From Aequorivita sp. (lineage in GTDB: Bacteria; Bacteroidota; Bacteroidia; Flavobacteriales; Flavobacteriaceae), in contig PAZL01000003.1 of NCBI GenBank assembly GCA_002715485.1, positions 17,620-81,619 on the forward strand: a stretch of DNA of 64,000 nt, in the 5' to 3' direction. The position numbers and the translations under genes are program-made. The stretch's first letter is position 1. The number at the start of each line of letters is the position of its first letter. The notes under the pieces are model-generated. The model was not told the origin of the DNA. It did no database searches and saw only the letters and a list, made by a program, of their open reading frames with translations. Positions 30,475 to 39,936 of this stretch are shown piece by piece.

Positions 30475-32223
30475 TTATTTGGAACTGTGAAAAAATGCCT
30501 TTATCTCGTCCATTAAATTGTTTTTTTGATTCTTATCACCTTTAACGGAGAGTAATATTTCCTTCACTTTGGATTTTCCAAAGCCCCACGCTTCTTCTAA
30601 GGTAATATTGGGTGGCAGTGAGAGTTCACCAGGATTTGTAACAGCATCAATAATAAAAGGTTTTGGTGAAGCGATTGCCAGCTCTATGGCCCTTTCAATA
30701 TCTGAAGCTTTTTCCACCCGTATTCCATCTCCTCCGCAAAGTTTGGCATATTCGGCAAAATTTGGATTTTGCAGTCCCAAAGCTTCATCTGCCATTGCAT
30801 AGCCAGCCTCTTCCATTTCTATCTTCACAAAACCAAGCTGACTGTTATTATAGACCAAAATTTTCACAGGCCAATTATAACGAACGGCAGTGATAAAATC
30901 ATTCATACACATACCAAATGCCCCATCGCCTACTATAGCCCAAACTTGCCTTTCTGGATTTACTGATTGAATGCCCATAGCAGCGGGGAAACCTACTGCC
31001 ATGCTACCATGGTTGAAAGAACCAATCAATTTTCTTCTTCCCGAAAGGGTTAAATGGTGCGATACCCAAATAGCGCTCTCACCTACATCCACAGTAAAGC
31101 AAGCGTCATTAGATGCTTTTTTATTAAGAATGCTCATAAATAGTTGTGGATGCAACGGCTCTTCATCATTTTCTAAGCTACTGCTTTCGGCTTTTTGCTT
31201 TTTCCACTTTTTAAAATTGGAAACCAATTCATCTAAAAATTCAGAATCATCCTTTGGCACAATTTTAGGACTCAGTTTTTGAAGCGTGGCAAGGCAATCA
31301 CCTTGAACACCCACATCTACTTTTATCCGGTTGCCAACATTCTCTATGCGTTTGTCCACTTGAATTACCTTGGCATCCTCTGGAAGAAAGTTGCTATAAG
31401 GAAAATCTGTACCTAACATTAATAAAACATCAGCCTTCATTACAGCGTGATAGCCCGATGGATTGCCTATTAAACCCGTTAAGCCAACTACATTCTTGTC
31501 ATCATTATGTATGATATCAGATGAGCGTAAGGTATGGACTATAGGTGCTTTAAGCATTTCAGAAAGTGCTAAAACCTCATCCCGAGCCTCTTTACATCCG
31601 GCTCCTGCCAAAATGGTTATTTTTTCTGATTCGTTTAAAACCTTCGCCATTTGATTGATGTCAGCATCCGCAGGAATGAGAGTAGCATTTCCTTTGAACA
31701 CAGGATGTCTATAGTGGCTTCCTTTTGCTTCCTGACTAGCTATATCTACTGGAATTTCTACCCGAACGACAGCACGCTGCTCGAGGGCAATTTGAATAGC
31801 CCTCAAAACAATGCGTGGCGCCTCTTCCGCGGAACGTATTACAGCTTGATAAGCACATACGTCCTCAAAAATTTTGGTCAAACCTACTTCCTGAAAATAA
31901 TTGGTTCCTAAGTTAACCTGCGCCACCTGTCCACTAATGGCAAGGACAGGTACTCGTTCTTTTTTTGCATTATATAAACCGTTGATCAAATGCAAGGTTC
32001 CAGGTCCAACAGTACCCGCACATACAGCTAAATTATCAGTCATTTGTGCCTCTGCACACGCTGCAAAAGCACCGTTTTCCTCGTGCCGCACTCCAATCCA
32101 CTTTATATCATCATTTGCTCTAATGGCATTGGTAAAAGTATTTAGGGCATCCCCAGTGACGCCCCAAATTTGTTTTATACCAATTTCTTTTAAAATTTGA
32201 AGGATTTGTTCAGAAACATTCAT
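30475..32223 (-). CDS. TPP-dependent pyruvate oxidase/dehydrogenase (PoxB-like)
   Basis: GVTGDA, VRHEE, GPGTLHLINGLY, GSFNHGSMA, GDG...NN TPP motif. Confidence 0.85.
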   Translation of the reverse strand: MNVSEQILQILKEIGIKQIWGVTGDALNTFTNAIRANDDIKWIGVRHEENGAFAACAEAQMTDNLAVCAGTVGPGTLHLINGLYNAKKERVPVLAISGQVAQVNLGTNYFQEVGLTKIFEDVCAYQAVIRSAEEAPRIVLRAIQIALEQRAVVRVEIPVDIASQEAKGSHYRHPVFKGNATLIPADADINQMAKVLNESEKITILAGAGCKEARDEVLALSEMLKAPIVHTLRSSDIIHNDDKNVVGLTGLIGNPSGYHAVMKADVLLMLGTDFPYSNFLPEDAKVIQVDKRIENVGNRIKVDVGVQGDCLATLQKLSPKIVPKDDSEFLDELVSNFKKWKKQKAESSSLENDEEPLHPQLFMSILNKKASNDACFTVDVGESAIWVSHHLTLSGRRKLIGSFNHGSMAVGFPAAMGIQSVNPERQVWAIVGDGAFGMCMNDFITAVRYNWPVKILVYNNSQLGFVKIEMEEAGYAMADEALGLQNPNFAEYAKLCGGDGIRVEKASDIERAIELAIASPKPFIIDAVTNPGELSLPPNITLEEAWGFGKSKVKEILLSVKGDKNQKNNLMDEIKAFFHSSK

Positions 32224-32342
32224 TGAAAATTAAATTTTTATTAAAATTAGTAAGCTTTCAATGAAAACTGAAGAATATGCAAAGATATTTTTTACATATT
32301 AAGGGAAATTTAACGGTAGTAATTGAATTGTGTCTAATAAAA

Positions 32343-32996
32343 TTATTGCTTAACTATAATTGCGGTAGCTTTATTGCCAGTAAGCAGATTCCACTCATAG
32401 GAAGCCAAAAGGTTTCCTATTTCATCATAAATATTTAATTGCGCAGTATTTGGACCTGAAGAGCCCTGGTTCAATGCTTCAAAATCTATTTTATTAAAAC
32501 CATCCTGTAATGGAAGGTCAAATCCCCTAAAACTGCCTTCTAGTCTGGCTTGCGGTATAGCTATTTCACCATTTACATAAATGCGGATCATATCACCATC
32601 CACAAATTCATGGTCCCGATACATAAAAGTGGCTTTTTTGGCAGTGGTCTTGAAATCACCCAAATATTGGTCTTTTCCGAATTCAGGCTTTTCCTCTTTA
32701 TCTTTTGTGAAGTATTTTGGGGCTCTATTGGTTCCTGAATATTCTAGTAAACCATCGCCATTTTGCATATCTATAAGTTTTTCTTCTTCTTTTCCTATAT
32801 TAGAATTATCAGGGGTGTTCGGATTTTTTGTTTTGGAAAGCGACGGTGCCTTAACCGCAGGGATTTCAAAGCCAGTTGAACTGTTTAAATTTGTGTCTGT
32901 AGCATCAAAACGAGCCGAACTATTGGGCAGATCTATCTGGGCAAAAGAAACCCCGCCCATAAGAATAGCTGTGAGAAAAAAGATTTTTTTAATCAT
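32343..32996 (-). CDS. Exported conserved hypothetical protein (Flavobacteriaceae)
   Basis: Signal peptide; RDHEFVDGD...GFNKIDFEALNQGSSGPNTA. Confidence 0.75.
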   Translation of the reverse strand: MIKKIFFLTAILMGGVSFAQIDLPNSSARFDATDTNLNSSTGFEIPAVKAPSLSKTKNPNTPDNSNIGKEEEKLIDMQNGDGLLEYSGTNRAPKYFTKDKEEKPEFGKDQYLGDFKTTAKKATFMYRDHEFVDGDMIRIYVNGEIAIPQARLEGSFRGFDLPLQDGFNKIDFEALNQGSSGPNTAQLNIYDEIGNLLASYEWNLLTGNKATAIIVKQ

Positions 32997-33020
32997 AACA
33001 CCAAGTTTTGAGTGTTGTAA

Positions 33021-33035
33021 ACAACAATTGCACCA
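33021..33035 (-). promoter_or_regulatory. Putative sigma54-type promoter
   Basis: Minus strand TGGTGC-AATTG-TTGT, 24 nt upstream of ATG 32996. Confidence 0.4.
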
Positions 33036-33077
33036 AAAATAGTATTCCGCTGGTCATAATAATTTAAAGTTTAAAAT

Positions 33078-33284
33078 TTATTTTTTCGGGTTTTTTCGTT
33101 TTCCTCTCCAAATAAAAAATAACAAAATGGCACACAGCGGAAGTACTATATATATTATTACATCTGCCGGATTTGATAAGTCTATTGGCTTTTCACTTGG
33201 TTTTGGAACCTCTGTGGGTTTTTGAGCATACAGTATAGTTCCCCAAAAAAGTAGGCCGAGTAAAAGTGTTTTGTTAAGTGTCAT
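33078..33284 (-). CDS. Small membrane protein (signal peptide plus single TM)
   Basis: QKPTEVPKP...DLSNPADVIIYIVLP...WR basic tail. Confidence 0.7.
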   Translation of the reverse strand: MTLNKTLLLGLLFWGTILYAQKPTEVPKPSEKPIDLSNPADVIIYIVLPLCAILLFFIWRGKRKNPKK

Positions 33285-33411
33285 AGAATTTTTGTTTTAA
33301 AATATGCAAAAAATATTTCATACAGAAATTTTAACAACTTCTGTTAACTATTTGGAAATTACCCCAAAATGTCTTACTATGCCGTGTTATTATTAAAAAC
33401 AGAGAGAATAT

Positions 33412-34278
33412 ATGAGACAACTTAAAATCACGAAGCAGGTAACCAACCGAGAAACCAAATCTTTAAACAGTTATTTACAGGACGTTAGTAAAATAGATTT
33501 AATAACAGCTGAAGAGGAAGTAGAGTTGGCACAGCGCATTCGTGAAGGAGATCAGGCTGCTTTAAACAAATTGAGCAGAGCAAATTTAAGATTTGTGATT
33601 TCCGTGGCGAAACAATACCAAAACCAAGGTCTTAGTCTTCCTGACCTTATTAATGAAGGGAATGTAGGCTTGGTAAAAGCCGCTAAAAGGTTTGATGAAA
33701 CCCGTGGTTTTAAATTTATATCATACGCCGTTTGGTGGATTCGCCAGGCCATTTTGCAAGCTATTGCAGAACAATCGCGTGTTGTTCGTTTACCGTTGAA
33801 CAAAATTGGCGATATAAATAAAATCAAAAAGGCTTCCATTCACCTTGAACAGAAATTCCAGCGCGTACCCACTGCTGCTGAAATTGCCAAGGAACTTGAT
33901 TTTAGTGAATCAAAAGTGAAAAGTTCGCTTAAAAATTCTACAAGAAGTCTCTCCATGGATGCCCCTTTTCAAGAAGGTGAGAATGATAATAATTTGTACG
34001 ACGTACTAAGTTCAGGAGAAAGCCCAAATCCAGATAAAAGTTTATTGCATGAGTCACTCCGCATAGAGATAAATCGTGCATTGGATACTTTAGCGCCACG
34101 CGAGGCTGATGTGGTAAAACTTAATTTTGGACTCTGCGGACAACCGCCAATGACGTTACAGGAAATTGGTGATACTTTTGATTTAAGTCGCGAGCGCGTA
34201 CGTCAAATACGCGAAAAAGCTATTAGAAGATTACGACAGACTTCAAAAAGCCATATTTTGAAAAAATATTTAGGCTAG
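33412..34278 (+). CDS. RpoD/SigA-family sigma70 factor; divergent paralog of Bacteroidota primary sigma
   Basis: [53 protein letters not shown]. Confidence 0.92.
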   Translation: MRQLKITKQVTNRETKSLNSYLQDVSKIDLITAEEEVELAQRIREGDQAALNKLSRANLRFVISVAKQYQNQGLSLPDLINEGNVGLVKAAKRFDETRGFKFISYAVWWIRQAILQAIAEQSRVVRLPLNKIGDINKIKKASIHLEQKFQRVPTAAEIAKELDFSESKVKSSLKNSTRSLSMDAPFQEGENDNNLYDVLSSGESPNPDKSLLHESLRIEINRALDTLAPREADVVKLNFGLCGQPPMTLQEIGDTFDLSRERVRQIREKAIRRLRQTSKSHILKKYLG

Positions 34279-34290
34279 ATATAAATGTTA

Positions 34291-34315
34291 AAAATATTGG
34301 CAATGCCAATATTTT
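34291..34315. terminator. Perfect palindrome after sigma gene (terminator or operator)
   Basis: AAAATATTGGCA-A-TGCCAATATTTT. Confidence 0.5.
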
Positions 34316-34379
34316 ATGAAATTCTTAGGAACGAGTTTTATTTCTGCGGTTATCTTTATAAGACTAACCATACAAACCA

Positions 34380-36206
34380 ATGACCACAGAAATAATCCTC
34401 GTTTTTTCTATTCTGTTAGTTACCATCATTCTCTTCGCTTTTGAAGTTTTTTCAGTAGACAAGATTGCGATGTTTGTTATTGCTTCCCTTGCGCTAACAG
34501 GTTTGGTAAAGCCAGAAGAAGCTATTTCGGGGTTTTCAAATACAGCTACAATTACCGTCCTTTCTTTAATGATCATTGCATTAGCACTGGAAGATAACGG
34601 TGTTATAGCTTCACTGGCACGTTATTTAAAAAACCTTCACGTGCTTCCACTCGTTCTATTATTGCCTGTTTTTATGTTTATTACGGGTGGAATTTCAGCT
34701 TTTATAAACACTACCGCTGTAGTTATTGTATTCATTAAGATCATTTCAGAATTGGCCAAGCGGTTTAACGTACCTCAATCCAAATTACTCCTGCCTATTT
34801 CATTTGCAGGAATTTTGGGAGGCAGCTGTACGTTAATGGGAACTTCCACCAATCTTATTGTTAATTCCGTAGCTCGCGATTTGGGAGCCGAAAGATTTAG
34901 TTTTTTTGAATTTTCATTCTTTGGATTGATTTTTCTGCTTGTCGGGATAATAATTGTTACCATAGCTTCACGATGGTTGCCGAAAGATTCTAAAGAAAAT
35001 TTACGTGACATTTATGATTTAGAAAATTATGTGACTACCGTTGTAATCAATAAAGATTCAAATTTAATAGATAAAAAAATTGAAGACACTTTTCTATTTG
35101 CCAATCCTGAAATTTCCATTCTCAAACTTACAAGACGTAAGCAGATAACCAACGCCCCCGGAAGGTACATAACATTAAAAGCAAATGATAAACTTTTGCT
35201 TATGTGCGACTTAGAAAATTTGGCAAAACTAAACGAAGCAGAAGGTTTAAGCGTTCATAAAACCCAGGAAAGTGACAAAAAAAGACAGACAATAGAAAAT
35301 GAGGATGAAGCTGAAAACTTAAAAAAACAAAACGATCTTGGGTTTGTGGAACTGTTAATTTTGCCAGGTTCTATTTTGATTGGAAAAACATTAAAACAAC
35401 TCAGAAAACAGACCTTTCAAAGCGCCTTGCCCATTGCTATTAAGAAGCGACGGAATATACGTAATACCAAAGAACGTTTGGTGAGAAAGGATATTGAACA
35501 AATATCCTTAAAACCTGGAGATAGATTGTTGGTGGAAGTTCCAAAAAACGAAATAAGCCAACTTTATGAAATGGAAAATGTGGCAATTCTTAGAGAACAC
35601 AAAACAAAGCCTATCGTGAACAACCAAAAAAGAATGTTGTCATTTGCTATTCTAATCCTTGTGGTGGGTTTGGCCGCAAGTGGAATTTTATCAATTTTAA
35701 TAAGTGCAATTACAGGGGTAAGTCTATTACTATTAACACGATGTCTTGAATTAAACGATGTATATCACCGTGTCAACTGGCAAGTAATTTTTTTATTGGC
35801 TGGAATGATTCCATTAGGCATTGCCATGAACAACACGGGCGCAGATAAATGGATTTCTGATCATTTATTGGATATTCTTAGCGGTCAGTCCCATATTGTA
35901 ATTATTGGTCTTATATTTTTAATAACTATGCTAATGAGCAGCGTGGTAAGTAACAATGCCACAGCAATTATTATGACACCTATAGCTATAGCTGTGTCGG
36001 TAGGTCTAGATCTAACAATGAAGCCATTTATTCTTGCAGTTCTATTTGGCGCCAATTTTAGTTTTTTCACCCCTATGGGCTACCAAACCAATACCCTTAT
36101 CTATGGAATGGGTATTTATAAATTCAAACATTTTTTAATAATTGGAGGCATACTTTCCATAGTTTTATGGGTTTTAGGTACATTTATGCTTTCTACTCTT
36201 TTTTAA
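34380..36206 (+). CDS. SLC13/DASS family permease with TrkA-C domains
   Basis: SAFINTT, GGSCTLMGTSTN, two RCK-C segments, SNNA, TPMGYQTN. Confidence 0.9.
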   Translation: MTTEIILVFSILLVTIILFAFEVFSVDKIAMFVIASLALTGLVKPEEAISGFSNTATITVLSLMIIALALEDNGVIASLARYLKNLHVLPLVLLLPVFMFITGGISAFINTTAVVIVFIKIISELAKRFNVPQSKLLLPISFAGILGGSCTLMGTSTNLIVNSVARDLGAERFSFFEFSFFGLIFLLVGIIIVTIASRWLPKDSKENLRDIYDLENYVTTVVINKDSNLIDKKIEDTFLFANPEISILKLTRRKQITNAPGRYITLKANDKLLLMCDLENLAKLNEAEGLSVHKTQESDKKRQTIENEDEAENLKKQNDLGFVELLILPGSILIGKTLKQLRKQTFQSALPIAIKKRRNIRNTKERLVRKDIEQISLKPGDRLLVEVPKNEISQLYEMENVAILREHKTKPIVNNQKRMLSFAILILVVGLAASGILSILISAITGVSLLLLTRCLELNDVYHRVNWQVIFLLAGMIPLGIAMNNTGADKWISDHLLDILSGQSHIVIIGLIFLITMLMSSVVSNNATAIIMTPIAIAVSVGLDLTMKPFILAVLFGANFSFFTPMGYQTNTLIYGMGIYKFKHFLIIGGILSIVLWVLGTFMLSTLF

Positions 36207-36215
36207 ATATATATT

Positions 36216-37106
36216 ATGTCACAAAAATTTTCAATAAATGATTCAATTTCTAATCTATGGGACAAGCTTGATGGATGGCTTGATGCTATAATACTTAAAC
36301 TTCCCAACTTTGCCGTAGCCATTTTAGTAATGGTAGTTTTCTACTTTATTGCTAAGGGCATTCGTAAATTTTCTTATAGATTATTATTTCGCAAGATTAC
36401 CGAAGAATCCATAAAACAGATGCTTTCGCGCATTATGTACGCAATAGTTTTAATTATTGGTTTCTTTATAGCCCTTGGCGTAATGCAGCTGGATAAAGTA
36501 CTTACCTCAGTATTGGCTGGAGCGGGCGTAGTAGGTCTTGCAATAGGCTTGGCCCTACAGGGCACTTTAAGCAATACATTTTCTGGGTTGATGCTTTCCT
36601 TTTTGCCAAAAGTACGTATTGGCGATTTTATTGAGGCCCAAGACAAAAGTGGTTATGTAGATGAAATAAATCTTCGGAATATTACACTTCGGCAGACGGA
36701 CAATGAATATGTAATTATACCCAATTCAATTTTTATAGAAAACCCCTTTACCAATTATTCTCTATCAGACCGATCGCGAATAGATGTAAGCTGTGGTGTG
36801 GGCTATGAAAGTAACCTTCAAAAAGTGGAAGACTTGGTGACCAAAATTATTTCTGAAAATTTCGACCAAAAAGAAAACGAGGGCGTAGAATTCTTTTTTA
36901 CTGAGTTTGGCGATAGCTCTATCAATTTCGTTACCCGGTTTTGGATATCCAGTACAAAGCCCAAGCCAAAACTGGAAGCAAAGCACAAGGCAATTAAGCT
37001 AATCAAAAAGAATTTTGATGAAGCAGGAATCAATATTCCGTTCCCTATACGTACATTGGATTTCGGAAAAAATAAATTGCAAATAGCACCAAATAAAGAC
37101 GAATAG
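36216..37106 (+). CDS. MscS family mechanosensitive channel
   Basis: GLAIGLALQGTLSN, IPNS, FGDSSINF, GINIPFP. Confidence 0.92.
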   Translation: MSQKFSINDSISNLWDKLDGWLDAIILKLPNFAVAILVMVVFYFIAKGIRKFSYRLLFRKITEESIKQMLSRIMYAIVLIIGFFIALGVMQLDKVLTSVLAGAGVVGLAIGLALQGTLSNTFSGLMLSFLPKVRIGDFIEAQDKSGYVDEINLRNITLRQTDNEYVIIPNSIFIENPFTNYSLSDRSRIDVSCGVGYESNLQKVEDLVTKIISENFDQKENEGVEFFFTEFGDSSINFVTRFWISSTKPKPKLEAKHKAIKLIKKNFDEAGINIPFPIRTLDFGKNKLQIAPNKDE

Positions 37107-37145
37107 TTACCATTTATAAACATAATTTGTTTAAAAGTATTTGCT

Positions 37146-37283
37146 ATGAAAAAATTACTGAGAATATTTCTAGCCGGTTGGGGCGCCAAGAAAATAGGCG
37201 GCGGCAAATGCGGATGTATAGGTACCATTGTTGTATTCCTAATACTATATTGGTTGCTGGGCTTCGTTTTTGATGTTTTCTAA
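37146..37283 (+). CDS. Unannotated 45-aa membrane micro-protein (MKKLLRIFLAGWGAKKIGGGKCGCIGTIVVFLILYWLLGFVFDVF)
   Basis: Manual translation; amphipathic N-terminus, GGGKCGC linker, one TM; followed by a terminator-like hairpin. Confidence 0.7.
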   Translation: MKKLLRIFLAGWGAKKIGGGKCGCIGTIVVFLILYWLLGFVFDVF

Positions 37284-37333
37284 AATTCTGCACAGCCCAT
37301 GTCACTAAATAGTTAGACTCAAAATTGTTATTC

Positions 37334-37360
37334 ATAAGCGCCCTTAATCAGGGCGCTTAT
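37334..37360 (+). terminator. Hairpin terminator
   Basis: ATAAGCGCCCT-TAATC-AGGGCGCTTAT. Confidence 0.7.
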
Positions 37361-37597
37361 CATTTTAAGAATGATAAAAGATATTTTTCTATCATGTGTT
37401 TCTATTGTTATAATAATTGCTTTAAACACTTGCTAAAAATAGAACTTACCCTACGTTAAATAACCTGTAAAGTGCTGAAAAATAGAGAGCTGTGTTTCTA
37501 CCAACCTGCTTTTAACAAAACAATAGCATCCATTAACTAATTTTTTTGAGGGGTACACGGTTATATTTGCAATACAAACCTTTAAAAACTTAGTATT

Positions 37598-38440
37598 ATG
37601 AAAAAAGCTATTGCACTAACCATGCTGGCAACAGCAATTTTTGCTACCTCATGTGTATCAAAAAAGAAGTATGTAGAATTGGAGAACCAGTATAACGACA
37701 CGCGTTCTACCCTAGCTAAAACCCAGCTTGAAAAAGAAGAAATTGAAGCCAAATACGCCAAGATTGAAGAGCGCGTAGCTAACTACAATTCAAAAATCCA
37801 ATCATTGACTGACAGTAATAACAGCCGTCTTCAACAAATTGAAGGTGTCGTGGTTTCAGAAAATGATAAGGAAAACATGAGAAAAGCCCTTGCCAACGTA
37901 GATCCCCAAGAATTGGCACAGGCAAAGACTCTTAAGGATTCTATGAATCTTATAGTTTCTCACAATCTTAAAAAGAATCTTGACAACAGTTTAGCTGGTG
38001 AAGGTGAAGAGGACGATATCAAAATTGATATTGACGAGACTGTGGTAATGATTACCATTTCAGACAAGTTATTGTTCAATTCAGGAAGCGCCCGTGTTAA
38101 CAAAAAGGCGAATCCATTATTGGAGCGTCTTGCAAATGTAATTAATAGCGAGCCAGCTCTTGAAGTAATGGTTGAAGGACATACCGATAGCCAGACAGTA
38201 AAGCCTGGAGCTTACATTAAAGATAACTGGGAATTGAGCGTAGACCGATCCACTGCTGTTATCCGCATCCTACAAGATGATTACGGTGTTGCTCCTGAAA
38301 AATTGATTGCAGCAGGACGTAGTAGTTTTCACCCTCTAACTGAAAATGAAACCAAGGAAGGCCGTGCTACTAATAGAAGAACACGTATTGTAATCCTCCC
38401 AAACCTTGATAAATTCTTGGCGCTTCTTTCTGCCAACTAA
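37598..38440 (+). CDS. OmpA/MotB-domain lipoprotein
   Basis: Lipobox ATSC-VSKKKY, coiled coil, EGHTD, NWELS, NRR; TATATTTG -7 element at about 37562. Confidence 0.9.
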   Translation: MKKAIALTMLATAIFATSCVSKKKYVELENQYNDTRSTLAKTQLEKEEIEAKYAKIEERVANYNSKIQSLTDSNNSRLQQIEGVVVSENDKENMRKALANVDPQELAQAKTLKDSMNLIVSHNLKKNLDNSLAGEGEEDDIKIDIDETVVMITISDKLLFNSGSARVNKKANPLLERLANVINSEPALEVMVEGHTDSQTVKPGAYIKDNWELSVDRSTAVIRILQDDYGVAPEKLIAAGRSSFHPLTENETKEGRATNRRTRIVILPNLDKFLALLSAN

Positions 38441-38460
38441 ATACTTAAACAGTATATATT

Positions 38461-38499
38461 TAAAAAGGCGGTTCATTGCATTGATGAACCGCCTTTTTA
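38461..38499. terminator. Bidirectional intrinsic terminator
   Basis: AAAAAGGCGGTTCAT...ATGAACCGCCTTTTT. Confidence 0.88.
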
Positions 38500-38525
38500 A
38501 ACATTTATTCTATATAAACTGCTCG

Positions 38526-39248
38526 TTATGATGGTGGCATTGATGGCCTAACTTCAATTTTGCTTGGTAATGTGCGAGGGTTCATTTTTAGTAAATCTAC
38601 CACCAGTTTACCAATATCTTCAATCTGTATCTTCCAAGCATCATCTCCATCTGGCTCATTTCCGTTAAAATGTGTTGATACCGAACCAGGCATAATTGTA
38701 CTCACTTTTATACCCTTATCACGCAAATCTAGCATTACGGCTTGTGTAAAACCTGTTAAGCCAAATTTACTTGCGTTATAAGCGCTTCCCCCCTTAAAGA
38801 AGTTAGTACCAGCCAAACTTGAGATAGTTATAAAATATCCTCTGTTTTTTTTCAATTGTTCAACACTCGCTTTCAGGGAATAGAATGGACCCGAAAGATT
38901 GGTTTCAATGGTTTCTTGCCACTGCTCAATGGAAATATCTTCCACAGAGCCAAAATGCCCCAGTCCTGCATTTGCAATAACAATATCAACTTTTCCAAAT
39001 TGATCAACAGTCTCTTTAACAGCTTTTTGTTGGCTATCATAGTTCCGGACATCAGCTTCTAGGCCTATGGCCTGTGCCCTATCGTTCCCGTGGGAATTTA
39101 ATTGCTTGGCAGCTTCCTCAGCCGTTGCTTTTGTTCTTCCGGTAATAGCTACATTAATGCCTTCTTTCAGCAAAGCTTCGGCAATACCATAGCCTATTCC
39201 CTTTGTGCCGCCTGTAATCAGAGCGGATTTGTTTCCTAAATCAATCAT
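38526..39248 (-). CDS. Classical SDR oxidoreductase
   Basis: TGGTKGIG, NAG, YNASK. Confidence 0.92.
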   Translation of the reverse strand: MIDLGNKSALITGGTKGIGYGIAEALLKEGINVAITGRTKATAEEAAKQLNSHGNDRAQAIGLEADVRNYDSQQKAVKETVDQFGKVDIVIANAGLGHFGSVEDISIEQWQETIETNLSGPFYSLKASVEQLKKNRGYFITISSLAGTNFFKGGSAYNASKFGLTGFTQAVMLDLRDKGIKVSTIMPGSVSTHFNGNEPDGDDAWKIQIEDIGKLVVDLLKMNPRTLPSKIEVRPSMPPS

Positions 39249-39318
39249 AATTTGTTGTTTTCCCCAAAGTTACAAATAGCGAAAGCGAATGTTATTAAAT
39301 TCTGCTTAAATTTGAAAG

Positions 39319-39930
39319 ATGAAATTTTTGCCAATAGTATTTTTCAGCTTCCTTTTCTTCGGTTTTCCTAAAAAAAAACCTCAGGAACCTTTGGTAAATC
39401 TTAAAGACCTTTCTACAGAATTCGTTTACGAAATACGCTACGCTACCCCCAATAATTTTGTAGGCGAAACACTTTATGACTGTAGTGAATGCCTACTCCG
39501 CCCAGAAGTAGCTGAAGCTCTATTGCGGGCCAACCAATATTTTTGTGAAAAAGGCTACCGTATTAAAATCTACGATTGCTACCGACCGTTGGATGTTCAG
39601 AAAAGAATGTGGGCAAAGGTGCCGCGACCCACCTATGTGGGCAACCCCTATGGTAATGGTTCCATTCACAATAAAGCTGCGGCGGTAGATATTACTTTAG
39701 AAACCTTAGAAGGCTGCTATGTGGAAATGGGCAGCGACTACGATTATTTTGGAAGAGAAGCACATATTGATAATTATAATTTTTCAAAAGAAATACTCGC
39801 CAATCGGAAACTGCTTATTGAAGGCATGCGCCAGTTCGGCTTCAATACTATCCGCACGGAATGGTGGCACTTTAGCTATAAAAGAAATTGGGGTTACAAA
39901 ACATTAAACATTCCCCTACCCTGCGATTAA
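39319..39930 (+). CDS. D-Ala-D-Ala dipeptidase (M15D, VanX/DdpX family)
   Basis: YDCYRP, SIHNKAAAVD, EWWHF. Confidence 0.92.
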   Translation: MKFLPIVFFSFLFFGFPKKKPQEPLVNLKDLSTEFVYEIRYATPNNFVGETLYDCSECLLRPEVAEALLRANQYFCEKGYRIKIYDCYRPLDVQKRMWAKVPRPTYVGNPYGNGSIHNKAAAVDITLETLEGCYVEMGSDYDYFGREAHIDNYNFSKEILANRKLLIEGMRQFGFNTIRTEWWHFSYKRNWGYKTLNIPLPCD

Positions 39931-39936
39931 TATTTA

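Noticed and set aside
39319-39930. VanX as an acquired vancomycin-resistance gene
   Set aside because: No vanHA or vanRS and no mobile context; it looks like an ordinary chromosomal D,D-dipeptidase.
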